Virus record (IMG/VR): IMGVR_UViG_3300020051_000004
Direction: 5' to 3' (one strand)
Origin: a virus
Length of the DNA stretch: 64,000 nt
A program made the position numbers and the translations under genes. The notes below the pieces were generated by a model. The model did no database searches and was not told the origin of the DNA. It was given only the letters and a program-made list of their open reading frames with translations. Below are positions 10,223-20,371 of the stretch, one piece after another (position 1 is the stretch's first letter; each line of letters starts with the position of its first letter).

Positions 10223-10720
10223 GTGACTAATTTACACACCCTAGACCCAGAATTACTCCTAATCAGCGGCAAAGAGCTAAAACAAGCTCGCCAGCAGGTC
10301 TTCCCTTTCTTCTTGGAGTTTTGCCTACAAAGAAATCCGCTTCCATGGTTCACTGGGGGTTTAGCAGAGAGACAAGATCAAATCAAGAAATACTTCCTAG
10401 ACACTTTCACCGAGGAAAAAGATTTAATTCTTCGCGCCGAAGGAAATTCTTTAACGGGATTAGCGCTTTTCGACCCTCAAAATTGGAGCTTAGAAGGAGA
10501 AGTGGCCAATTCTACCATTGAATTAGTCATCGCAGCAAGTTTGCAAAAAAATCCATGGCGAGACAAAAAAGATTTTAAAATTTTAATCGCGGCCTATAAA
10601 AATTACAAAGGCCGAGACATTGTGGGCATGAACATCAATAGAGAATGGAAGAGGGCGAAATTCAAGAATTATTGCCTTAAACTAGGATTTCAGGAAAACC
10701 AAGGATTATTTATTATATGA
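10223..10720 (+). CDS. hypothetical protein, possible GNAT-like fold
   Basis: ends FKNYCLKLGFQE; weak resemblance only. Confidence 0.3.
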   Translation: MTNLHTLDPELLLISGKELKQARQQVFPFFLEFCLQRNPLPWFTGGLAERQDQIKKYFLDTFTEEKDLILRAEGNSLTGLALFDPQNWSLEGEVANSTIELVIAASLQKNPWRDKKDFKILIAAYKNYKGRDIVGMNINREWKRAKFKNYCLKLGFQENQGLFII

Positions 10721-11232
10721 GTAAAAACTTTACAAACGCTACTAAATTCGGGCCTCAAAATACCGAAACAGATATTTGGCTTACTCCTCAGTGGATAATT
10801 GACAAGATTGGCCCTTTTGATTTAGATCCATGCGGTCATTTACCAAATGGTCGGCCCATTGTAAAAACAGCAGAAAATTACTTCACAGAACTGGAAAACG
10901 GATTAATTCAGCCGTGGTTTGGAAATGTTTTTGTTAATTTTCCATATTCAGACTCATTTAATTGGCTGGAAAAGTGTAAAAACGAGTTTTTATCTGGCAA
11001 TGCAGAATCCATAACAGTCTTATGCTTTGCCAGAACGGAAACAAAGGCTTGGCAAGAAAACGTGAATCAAGCGACAGGAATTAATTTAATAAAGAGGCGC
11101 ATTAAATTTCTCTCGAAAGACGGAATTGAGAAAAGCAATGGGAATGCCCCGAGTTGTTTAATCGCGTTTGGAGAACAAGCGTTCAATAAAATTAAAAACG
11201 TGGATGGAATCTTTGTAAGAATTGAAAAATAA
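10717..11232 (+). CDS. phage DNA N6-adenine methyltransferase (phage Dam family)
   Basis: WLTP...FDLDPC...NGL...W...VFVNFPY...ARTET motifs; catalytic NPPY appears as NFPY. Confidence 0.82.
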   Translation: MSKNFTNATKFGPQNTETDIWLTPQWIIDKIGPFDLDPCGHLPNGRPIVKTAENYFTELENGLIQPWFGNVFVNFPYSDSFNWLEKCKNEFLSGNAESITVLCFARTETKAWQENVNQATGINLIKRRIKFLSKDGIEKSNGNAPSCLIAFGEQAFNKIKNVDGIFVRIEK

Positions 11233-11759
11233 TGGAGCATCAAAAATACCAACACAGCAAAGACAAAACGGGCGAATGTGCAAATTCAGGGTTCTCATGC
11301 GAGGAACAGTTCAAAAAACTTGCAGAGTCCAAAGGATACGAGGTTTTAGTAGCAGGAAGAAATCTTCAGTTCTGCCATGTTGATTTTATCCTCAAAAAAG
11401 ATGATAAGCAATGGAATTTTGAGTGTAAGAGCCGAAAAAAGATTCGCCGTGCTGATTCTGAACCTAATGATGATTATTGTTGGATCGAATTCAAGAGAAC
11501 GGATGGTCGCGATGGATGGATTTTTGGCGATGCTGATTTTGTTGTTTTGGAGCAAAAGGACGAATTTCTCATTGTTGAGAGAAAAGCGCTGCTAAAATTA
11601 GCTGAAAAGTTGGTGAACCGAGAAAAAGTTGTTGACCGTGCTGAAAAAGCGTTTAACGTGTCATATCGCCGATTTGGGAGAAAGGACGAAATTGCCTGTA
11701 TTCTCATGGCAGAAGTGCGAAAATTAAAAATATCAATATGGCCCAAACAAAACAACTAA
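11232..11759 (+). CDS. PD-(D/E)XK family nuclease
   Basis: E..F...HVDF...ECKSRK; WIEF....G..GW..G.AD pattern; TAATG-coupled to the methylase. Confidence 0.65.
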   Translation: MEHQKYQHSKDKTGECANSGFSCEEQFKKLAESKGYEVLVAGRNLQFCHVDFILKKDDKQWNFECKSRKKIRRADSEPNDDYCWIEFKRTDGRDGWIFGDADFVVLEQKDEFLIVERKALLKLAEKLVNREKVVDRAEKAFNVSYRRFGRKDEIACILMAEVRKLKISIWPKQNN

Positions 11760-12182
11760 AAACCTACCGATTCTACTTCTCCCAAGTTAATCAAGAAGTT
11801 GTAGAACAAAAAGGCTATTCTATAGACGCCTGCTTTCGTAAGGCGGTCAAAGAATGGAAGCAGGGAAATTCCAATCCAAGGCTTTTAAGTGCGGAATCCT
11901 TAGAGTCGAAAACATGGAAGGAAGTCAGCCATGATTGAACCACAACTAATCTGGAACATCTTTTCGTGGCTCAACTTTTTTGATGGAAAGGTTCGGCACA
12001 ATGCGGTTTACAGCAAAGAGGGGGAGCATTGGATTCTATTTGAAACCGAACGGTCGTCATTTTCCTGTAATTTATCGTCAAACAAAGATTTATTGGCCGC
12101 AAATTGCGTTCTTACTTGGTGGGCAAACATGGGAATTGACCATAACGAAAACCAAAACGGCGAAAACATTTTTGAATTTGAC

Positions 12183-12217
12183 TTGACAAAGAAGGTTAAC
12201 AGAGATAAATTTGTTGC
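12183..12217 (+). promoter_or_regulatory. sigma70-type leaderless promoter
   Basis: TTGACA-17-TAAATT-6nt-ATG(12218). Confidence 0.75.
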
Positions 12218-13674
12218 ATGATTAAATTACTCAAAAAACTCCTACAGCTAGCGCCAAAAGAAAATTTAGATGCGCCGCCAAAAATGAGGGTTCGGCCATT
12301 CACAAAAACCTCCGACCCATATTATCTTCCAGAGTATTTCTACAAAGGGAAGTGGGTTCCATTCACCAACAACTGGATGCACTTTGACAACTTGCGACTC
12401 TGGGAAAATAGGAGAAAAAACATCTTCGCCGATTTTGAAGAGGCCGTAAGTTTTTGCAAACAATGGAAAACCTTGCGAGAAATTTTAGAAAACCGCGCCG
12501 CCTTAGACAAAGAATTTGAAGAATCTAAACAAAACTTCCTAAAAATAATTAACAACAAGCAAAAAACATGGGAGAGTAACTAATGAGCACAAAGAAAGCA
12601 ATAAAAACGGCCAAACTTCTCTGCAAACAAGACGCCGAAAAACATTTAGCCACTTTAAATGGAGAATGGGAGGCTGAATTTCAAGATTTCATCTTTAGCG
12701 ACACTTTTATTTGGACAATTTTGTCAAAATGCCAGAGAGTCACCGTTAAAAAGTGGTCTGAGAGTTGTTTTTGCTCAAAAATGGGAAGATTCTACTCAAC
12801 GGGGAAAACCGTCAAATCCTCAATTAAAAACCTACAAAAAATCATCAAAGAAGAACTAACCAGAATCCGCGCAGAATTTGTTGAGCCGTTTCCTAGATTT
12901 TAACATGAACCTATCCCAATTCGCCATCGGAAAAGTCTGCCTTGACGAAGAAGAAATTGAAATCTTAGAAACAACATGATTCCATACGACCCCAATGACT
13001 GGCCAAAAGCTGGCGACAAAGTAAAATTTTTAAGCGCCGAAGGTAGGTTTTTTCCGAACTTCACGAACATTATTGATTTTGCCAAAAAGAATCTAACCTG
13101 TGGCCGCGAATATACTGTTAAAAAATGCGAGGTGTATAGTTCATGGTGCGGAATCTGGCTTGAAGAGGTTGAGTTTGATCACCCTTTTCATTTAACAATG
13201 TTCGAGTGGATAGCTAATCAGAAATAACATGACAACAGAATTCGCCGCCGACAAATTAACCGTCTCTACAACCAAATCAACCATCGGTTTAACTCGCTGT
13301 GAGAAAGATTATATGATTTCGTTTTTCCCCGTTTCTTTCAGAGGGCATAGGTTGATTGACGAGTCTGGTATTAACGTTGTTTACGATTTGTTTTTGACAA
13401 ACGAGCAAGTAGAGGCTATTGTTGATGAGTATAACAAGAAAAACGGCATTTTCTCAGAATAAACCATGTCAACTACTAAACAGCACTCCTTCGCAGGTCA
13501 AACCTTGAATCCTGACGTGTACTTATTCTTTTGTGACAAGAATAATCCTAAAAATTGGGGCGAAGACTCTCACCTTAAGAATGGCAATTATTTTTGTAAC
13601 TGTATTAAATGCGGTGAAAATTTCATTGGCTACAAGAGAAGAGTTTATTGCAAAATTTGCCATTACGAAAAACC

Positions 13675-13998
13675 ATGATCAAAATCAAAACAATCATCCA
13701 CTACGGCGGCGTTTGCCCCTTTCAGCTTGACGCATTAACAAATGATGATAGGATGATCTATGGTCGATACAGGCACGGCTGGATAGAAGTGAGAATTGGC
13801 GCAAAAGATGACGCATCAGAAGACGCGGCTGTTAGCGGCGAATCTATTTTCAGAGAAAAAATCGGAGAAAATTTTGACGGATACATCGACATTGAACAAT
13901 TCAAACTTGAGACTGAAGATTTGATTGATTGGAGCGAAGCTTTTGATCAACACGCTCTCGAAAGAGAGGCTTTGCTAAATAAACTGAGGAGTAAATAG
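13675..13998 (+). CDS. phage hypothetical protein (CPxQ...YxRYRxG type)
   Basis: Motif VCPFQLDALTNDDRMIYGRYRHG; start moved to the ATGA overlap. Confidence 0.55.
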   Translation: MIKIKTIIHYGGVCPFQLDALTNDDRMIYGRYRHGWIEVRIGAKDDASEDAAVSGESIFREKIGENFDGYIDIEQFKLETEDLIDWSEAFDQHALEREALLNKLRSK

Positions 13999-14001
13999 AC
14001 C

Positions 14002-14661
14002 ATGCTTAACCCCCTCAACCAACTCATAGGCAAGAAACTACACTACACGTTGGTTTATTATAGAAATCCAAAATCGGCGAGTTCGAGCATTTTCTCCGCT
14101 CTCGGCCCAAGAAATTTATTTTGGCGCGAAAAAAAGTTTTTAGATTCGGCCCTTTCTAAGGACAAGAAATACGGTGGAGTATTTGATCCATCTCACGTTC
14201 TTCCATCAGAAGCTCGAAAATTGTTTGGCCGTGGGTTGGATAATTTCTTTTCTTTTACTTGCGTGAGAAATCCTTTCTGCAAGCAAGTCTCACAATGGAG
14301 TTTTTCGCGGGCAAAAAATTGGGGCCGCTTGTATGGATTGCCTGATGATGGAAGTTTTAGCGAATGGTGCGAAGCTCTTTGGAAAAAACGGAAAGACCAA
14401 ACATTTTGGCCCGTTATACCTCAAACAAAATTCTCTCACGAATTTCCACTAAACTGCATTCTCAAATTTGAGACACTAAATAAAGATTGGTCTTCTATGT
14501 TAAAAGACAATCAAATCAGTGGACTACCAGAACATCTCCCGCACGAAAATAAGTCAAAACACCAGCCTTGGCAGGAAATAATCACAGAAAAAGACGCCGA
14601 CATTATTCGCGAAATTTTCGCTTGTGATTTCTCGGCTCTTGAGTATAGTTTAAAAATATGA
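14002..14661 (+). CDS. sulfotransferase (Sulfotransfer_2-like)
   Basis: 5'-PSB-like RNPKSASSS, 3'-PB-like FTCVRNPFCKQVSQW, KFETL..DW, LPHEN, IF..DF..LEY. Confidence 0.78.
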   Translation: MLNPLNQLIGKKLHYTLVYYRNPKSASSSIFSALGPRNLFWREKKFLDSALSKDKKYGGVFDPSHVLPSEARKLFGRGLDNFFSFTCVRNPFCKQVSQWSFSRAKNWGRLYGLPDDGSFSEWCEALWKKRKDQTFWPVIPQTKFSHEFPLNCILKFETLNKDWSSMLKDNQISGLPEHLPHENKSKHQPWQEIITEKDADIIREIFACDFSALEYSLKI

Positions 14662-15024
14662 CACTAACCTACAACAAAGACGGCAAACTAGAGTTTGAAT
14701 TGCACGACCTTCTTCCTGCTGTAAAGGCAGAAGACAAGGTTAAACTAATCGAAGACTTGTCTTGCGACGAAGCGATTATCCAGCACGTAGTTGATCAAAT
14801 TTTACACGGCTGGACAGAAAACTCTTATAGTGGGTCAACTGAGTGCGGTGCATCTGCAAATCCTCATTGCGCTCTAGACAAAGCGAGACGAGAAATCTCT
14901 AAACGCTCTAGCGAAATCGCCAAAGAGACAATCGAAAAACTAGAAAAAGCCCTGAAAGAGAAAACAGACGAATTGCGAAACCTGCGCGAAGAAAAGTTTT
15001 ACGGCAACTACAGAATGTAACAAC

Positions 15025-15594
15025 ATGATAACCCCACAAACCATCCAACGAGCCAAACAAAAGGCCGAAAAAATCAAAGAAGACCAAAGCGATGCGCCGA
15101 TTATTAATGTCGTACTATCTTTGGAACAAATCGAAGAAAAAGAACGCGCCGTTCTGGAAGAAATTGAGCGGCGCAAGCAAATTCAAGAGGTTGAAGTTGC
15201 TAAAGTAATCGAGGTAAAAGATAAACTTGTTGACGAGGAAGGATTTTTAGCCGCCAAACAATTAGTTGATGAAAAAGCCCCTTTTTTAAAGCTGAATGGA
15301 GCTTTTGGTAAGATTTCGTCTGGAATCTGGAAGGATCTGTCTGGTGTTCCAAGAAAAATTGTTGAGATGTGGTTGAAACTAGAGCCGTACGAGAAACTTG
15401 TTTCTATCGTTTGGTTAATTACTTTTCCTTTCTGCTTTTATTATGCGGTATTTGTTTTAAATCTTTGGGGTGGAAATTCGGCAATTCGGAAAACAGTGCT
15501 TTTCGTATATTTAATTATAAATAGTTTTGTTTTTTCTTATACGTTTACCTTCTTTTTAAAGCTTCTCTTTGATAGATACGTTGATAAAAAATAA
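15025..15594 (+). CDS. membrane protein (coiled-coil N-terminus, two C-terminal TM helices)
   Basis: Hydrophobic segments LVSIVWLITFPFCFYYAVFVL and TVLFVYLIINSFVFSYTFTFFL. Confidence 0.6.
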   Translation: MITPQTIQRAKQKAEKIKEDQSDAPIINVVLSLEQIEEKERAVLEEIERRKQIQEVEVAKVIEVKDKLVDEEGFLAAKQLVDEKAPFLKLNGAFGKISSGIWKDLSGVPRKIVEMWLKLEPYEKLVSIVWLITFPFCFYYAVFVLNLWGGNSAIRKTVLFVYLIINSFVFSYTFTFFLKLLFDRYVDKK

Positions 15595-16216
15595 CATGAC
15601 CACAACAATCCACTTCATCGCCACAAACCCTGCTACACAGCGTTTCCACGACCTCAAAACCGAGGCATTCATTGGTTCTCACACAGAAGATACGCTACTA
15701 ATTACTTTTGGCGGCGAAAACTTTTTCTTCCAGCCAAAGAAAATAGAAGTCTATGAGAAAATCCGCCTATCAGGGTTCTTTTCATCGAAAGATTGCTTGG
15801 GAAATGTCGTAATTGAATTATGCTAAAACTTGTTTTTTGCCTCGAAAATTTTATTTGGGCGTGTTTGCTTTTTGCCGCAACGCTTGTAGTCACTGATTGT
15901 GTTAAAACAACCGCCAAATATACAAAAGAATTTTGCGGCCAAAAAATCACCTTGACAGAGCGAATGTCTTGGCTAGATTACTCCTTGAAGAGAACAGAGA
16001 AAGGCTTCATAAGTTATGAGTAAAAGAATCTCCCTAAAAAACAACCAATACAACCTACCAGTGGGCCGAACAGGAACAATTTTGCGCGAAATCAAAACTC
16101 GCATGTTCGACGATGAAAAGAGCTACTTGGTAAAACTAGACGGCGCGAGTTATAATTTGCACTTTTTCGGCGGGGAGTTGTATTTTCCTGAGTTAAACAC
16201 CTACAATCAATAAACA

Positions 16217-16969
16217 ATGAGCTACAATAATGTTGGAAAAGTCTGGACGCCCGATTCTTTCGGGGAATATCTAAAAACATTAAAGCGCCCTGATTGGGTT
16301 AAGCGAGTATGTTTACATCATTGTTCAGCGCCAAGTCTTGAACAAAGACCTCAAGGATTTAAAGCACAACATCTTGAAAACCTAAAATCCTTTTACCAAG
16401 GAATGGGATGGACCAAGGGGCCGCATTTTTTCACTGACGAAGATCAAATTTGGGGGATGACGCCGCCAACAATTCGCGGTATTCATTCTGTAGGTTGGAA
16501 CTCTTCGGCCATTGGAATTGAGGCTCTAGGAGATTACGACAAAGAAGACCCAAAAACAGGCCGAGGACTAGAAGTATGGAAGACAACAGCCAAAACAACT
16601 GCCGAACTCTTAAAATGGCTATCTTTGCCAGCAAATAAGGACACCGTGACCCTACACAGGCTCGATAAAGTTACGAGCAAGTCATGCCCAGGAAACAAGG
16701 TTTCTCACGATTGGGTTGTTGATATGGTCAATAACGAACTCCAAAATAAAAACCCCGTCTTAAAAGTGCCCAACCAATTAAAGGTCTTTGTTCCCGTTGC
16801 CTCGACTCTTAAATCTCGCGGTTTTACCGACCAACAAATCAAAAAATCTTTGCGCCGCGAAGGAAAAAATTTCTTTTGGCTTGACGACTACCTAGAGTTC
16901 GCTTATTATGACTCCAAGATGGAAGCCACAATGGCCCCACTTTCAGAATTAGAAAATATCAAACCATGA
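16217..16969 (+). CDS. N-acetylmuramoyl-L-alanine amidase (Amidase_2), probable endolysin
   Basis: LHHCS, GPHFF, GIHSVGWNSSAIGIEALGDYD, LHR...KSCPG zinc-amidase motifs. Confidence 0.88.
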   Translation: MSYNNVGKVWTPDSFGEYLKTLKRPDWVKRVCLHHCSAPSLEQRPQGFKAQHLENLKSFYQGMGWTKGPHFFTDEDQIWGMTPPTIRGIHSVGWNSSAIGIEALGDYDKEDPKTGRGLEVWKTTAKTTAELLKWLSLPANKDTVTLHRLDKVTSKSCPGNKVSHDWVVDMVNNELQNKNPVLKVPNQLKVFVPVASTLKSRGFTDQQIKKSLRREGKNFFWLDDYLEFAYYDSKMEATMAPLSELENIKP

Positions 16970-17673
16970 ATACAATAATAGAATCCGAACCTCCAGCAGA
17001 ACCCTTCGACCCTCAAGATGGAGAGCTTTTCAAAAATGAACTTGGGATTTACATCCTTGGGGAGTTTGATAATAAATTTTTTCTTGTAAATTTAGAAAGC
17101 GGCTCAACCTATAACGGCTTCAAAAAGACCAAAGAGGAATTATTTGCAAACACTTTTGGCGAATTTAAAAAGATCAAGCATCCAATCACTTTAACGCCTC
17201 ATAAATAAACACATGACAACAAAAAACACAATCCTAGTTAGCGCCGCAACTTGTTTGGCGGTTAATTTTTCCCTCTGGCTGTTAGGGTGGATGGTTTTGC
17301 CGATTGTTTGGGCCGCTTCTGGAATCATTATCTTAAAAGTTGGAGATTTTCTCGCTTCAGAGGGGGCGGAGCCATGGATGAATTATGTGGCGGCTATTTT
17401 AGGTCCAATTATGATGATTGGTTTTATTTGGGCGTGCATTGGTGGATATTTCGATTTTGGCAAAGTTTCGACCTTAAATTGGTTCAAAAATAAGCTCCCA
17501 TCAATCCGTAACCCTTTCATTTGGCCAAATGACTAAATTCCACGTTTACCTTGAAACTATTTGGACGGCCACATACGATGGGTCAATTCCAAACGCTGAA
17601 AATCTTGCAAAACAAGCGGCAGATTTAATTGGCGGGTCTGTAGTAAAAGAAACAGACGGGCAAAAGTTTTTGC

Positions 17674-17707
17674 TTGACATTGACGAGATTCCACTGTAGT
17701 ATAAAAC
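17674..17707 (+). promoter_or_regulatory. sigma70-type leaderless promoter
   Basis: TTGACA-17-TAGTAT-5nt-ATG(17708). Confidence 0.75.
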
Positions 17708-18121
17708 ATGAACATTTTCCAATTCATGGCCGAAAGCCCGTTGTTGACCTTTTTTCTCTTTTGGATGACAACCAATATGTCATTTAAGGCGTGGAATCGT
17801 TTAATGAGAGTAATTAATATCCGAAAACATGGCTGGCCACCTCCCCACTGCGACGCAGATGGAGATTTTAAACCAGAACAAGAAAAAGACGACGAAAATT
17901 AATCCAACCCCTAAAACAATATGAAATCCCTCCTCAACAACTGGTCCTACCAAGAAACCCGCCTCGCAAACGCCCGCAAACAAATGTGTGATCGCGGCGC
18001 AACAAGTGATGCCGCAATCGCCGAAACGCTCATTGACCAAAAGAAAAACAACCGCCGATACGATGGTATTATGAGTAAAGGTCAATATCGAAGGACTGTT
18101 AGTTCCTTTGTGTGAACAATT

Positions 18122-18254
18122 TTCGCCGTGCCTCCGCTGGCCGATCTGGAAGGATGCCCTGACCCGTTCGTTCGGGGAAAAGAGTGGCCGATAGATACAG
18201 AAAGTCTAAAGTAGCGTAACATCCACTCCTTGCGGAGAACTTTAGAGCGGCGAA
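18122..18254 (+). ncRNA. putative structured ncRNA A (~133 nt)
   Basis: Closed by TTCGCCG/CGGCGAA; internal TCTAAAGT/ACTTTAGA stem containing CTCC-TTGC-GGAG; intergenic; follows AACAATTT. Confidence 0.6.
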
Positions 18255-18269
18255 TTAAATTTCGAGATT

Positions 18270-18332
18270 GCGAGTCAATCCCCGATTCAATGAAGCGATT
18301 CTCGACTTCGATAGGGGCAAAATAGACCGCCA
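18270..18332 (+). ncRNA. putative irregular hairpin RNA ending in CCA
   Basis: GCG(A)GTC/GACCGC, CCCC/GGGG and GAAG-CGA..TCG-A-CTTC nested stems; 3' CCA followed by AATTTTT. Confidence 0.4.
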
Positions 18333-18342
18333 AATTTTTAAC

Positions 18343-18428
18343 GAGCACATGGTAGATAAAGGCGGAATGGTATGTCGGGCTAGAAATAGCCTCTACAAGT
18401 GAAGGTTCAACCCCTTCTGTGCTCGCCA
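18343..18428 (+). ncRNA. tRNA-like RNA lacking an anticodon arm, CCA encoded
   Basis: Acceptor GAGCACA/TGTGCTC-G-CCA; T arm GAAGG-TTCAACC-CCTTC; interior has helix GTAGA/TCTAC enclosing a D-like hairpin GGCG-GAATGGTA-TGTC and GGCTA-GAAA-TAGCC. Confidence 0.75.
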
Positions 18429-18435
18429 ACAATTT

Positions 18436-18534
18436 GAGAACGTAGTTCAATGGTAGAACATAGAAATCCGAGACGCCGAAAGGTGGAGTAGGTATGCAAA
18501 TGCTAGATGGGAGTTCGATTCTCCCCGTATCTCA
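18436..18534 (+). ncRNA. tRNA-like RNA with the anticodon arm replaced by GNRA-capped hairpins
   Basis: Acceptor GAGAACG/CGT(A)TCTC; canonical D arm GTTC-AATGGTA-GAAC; T arm GGGAG-TTCGATT-CTCCC; ~45-nt central domain with GCC-GAAA-GGT and GTAT-GCAA-ATGC. Confidence 0.75.
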
Positions 18535-18832
18535 ACAACCACCAATTCGCCGACAATATGAGTACATGGACACACATCGAAGGAGAACACACCTCCAAAA
18601 AAGCCTCAATCCGCAAAATCATCGAATTCGTTCTCGACGGAGAAGATGTAGTTGCCGAATACGACCATAACGAATTCTGGGTTCGTTTTGAGCATGGCGG
18701 GGAAAAAACCGCTAACAGCATTAGCGAATCATTGATTACTTTAAGAGTTGCGACAAAAACGCGCGTTTAAATTTAACGGCAACAATTGAATATTCAGTTT
18801 GACAGTTGGCAGGCTATCCACTATATTCACAC

Positions 18833-19741
18833 ATGACTAAATACAAAGCAATCATCCTACCCGAAAAAGTTTTTATCGCAGACTCCCTTAATAAGGATTG
18901 GTGCGCAGTAGCCCTAGATAAAGATTTTCTTTTTGACGGAAGAAATGCACTACCAACTTTAAAGAAGGGCTGGTACGAATTGCCAAATCTTCCAAAGAAA
19001 GTGGAGAAATTAATTGCGCCGCCCAAAATTATTTCTTTTTATAAGCTCAAAGAAGGATTCGTTGCAACAGAAAAACTTCCAGAACGCCTTCCAGAATACT
19101 TCTTCAATTGGGACGGCGATGAAGAAGAATACAACAATGCCGAAATCAAAGGCTTATATGATCCAGTTTACGAACAAAAGGAGCCATACTTTGAAAACGT
19201 AGAATTTGAGATTGAAACAATTGCTCACAAAGGCTCAAGCTGGAAATTCCTCGCGGCCCCAAAAAATGTTCAACATCTCTTAGTTGACGAAATCATTAAG
19301 TTGCCAGAACTTTTGCAAGATGAGCATTGCTTCTTATCTTCGGAAGAAAGTTATTGCCGCATCAGAGACTTTGTAAAGTTAAATATTAATCCACGGGTTG
19401 CTTATGTGAGTTCTGATTATAATTTTCATTTTGTAGTTTCTAAAAAGATCCCTCTACACGAAAAAGAAAAATATCGAAAGTGCTTAAACATTTTCGCTAA
19501 GCGGCCAAAGTATGTCGATGACTACCGAGTTAACCGCAGCATTGAAGTTTATAACTTAACTCCAAACGAAAAAAACAACCGAGAATACCAAAACTCTCAG
19601 TTAGCTCCAAAATTTGAAGGCGCGAACTACGAAGACTTGGAGAACAATATCAATAACTACTTGGCAGAACTTATTGAAAAAATCAACGAACCAGTGCAAG
19701 ATTGTCCGCATTGCAAAGGTAGAGGAGTTGTCGCACCATGA
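18833..19741 (+). CDS. hypothetical protein with C-terminal CxxCxGxG zinc-ribbon motif
   Basis: Start reassigned to ATG 18833 behind TTGACA(18799)-17-TATATT; ends DCPHCKGRGV. Confidence 0.65.
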   Translation: MTKYKAIILPEKVFIADSLNKDWCAVALDKDFLFDGRNALPTLKKGWYELPNLPKKVEKLIAPPKIISFYKLKEGFVATEKLPERLPEYFFNWDGDEEEYNNAEIKGLYDPVYEQKEPYFENVEFEIETIAHKGSSWKFLAAPKNVQHLLVDEIIKLPELLQDEHCFLSSEESYCRIRDFVKLNINPRVAYVSSDYNFHFVVSKKIPLHEKEKYRKCLNIFAKRPKYVDDYRVNRSIEVYNLTPNEKNNREYQNSQLAPKFEGANYEDLENNINNYLAELIEKINEPVQDCPHCKGRGVVAP

Positions 19742-20371
19742 ACCTAATCCAAAAACTCGAATCCGATATTTCCCAAGCTGCTGAATACGGCGGAATTCCT
19801 AATTACTACTCTCGGTCAGAATTGAGAAAATTTCTTGCGGTCATGAAAGCTGGACAATTAGCCGCAAATGCCCTCAAGGAAGCGGCGGATGAATTAATTT
19901 CTATCGGCCCAGGTCCAAAAGACGACTACTACCTCGACACCCTTAGTAACTGGAACGACTCAATTAAATTATGAAATACCCAACTGGAAAACAATGCAGA
20001 AAAACTGATTGCATTCGCTACGATAGTTATGTTAAATGGGATTGCGGCGATTCAAATTTAAGCGTATGCATAAAGTGCAAATGGGCATTGCCGTCTCAAT
20101 TCCAACGTAAGAAACTATAACTCATGTACCTAGACCTACACAATATCCCAGAAAACACTGACTGGCAATCCCTATACTGGAAATTAGTGGACGAACATCA
20201 TGCGGCGCTTCTAGAAATTGTAGATTTGAAAGCGGCTATCAATAAATCTAATCCCGCAACCAACCCAAAGACTGAATGCTGCGTAGAATGGATGGACCTT
20301 TAATTTTGCTGCTTGGAAAAAGGTCATGCAGGCTATCACAAAACACTTTCGGGGCAACTATTTGGATAATT

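Noticed and set aside
18082-18450. 122-aa minus-strand ORF
   Set aside because: It is antisense to clear tRNA-like structures, has no recognisable motif and opposes all neighbouring genes.
18122-18534. tmRNA or two-piece tmRNA
   Set aside because: Each acceptor stem closes locally over <100 nt, there is no G3-U70 alanine identity pair, and no tag ORF is visible.
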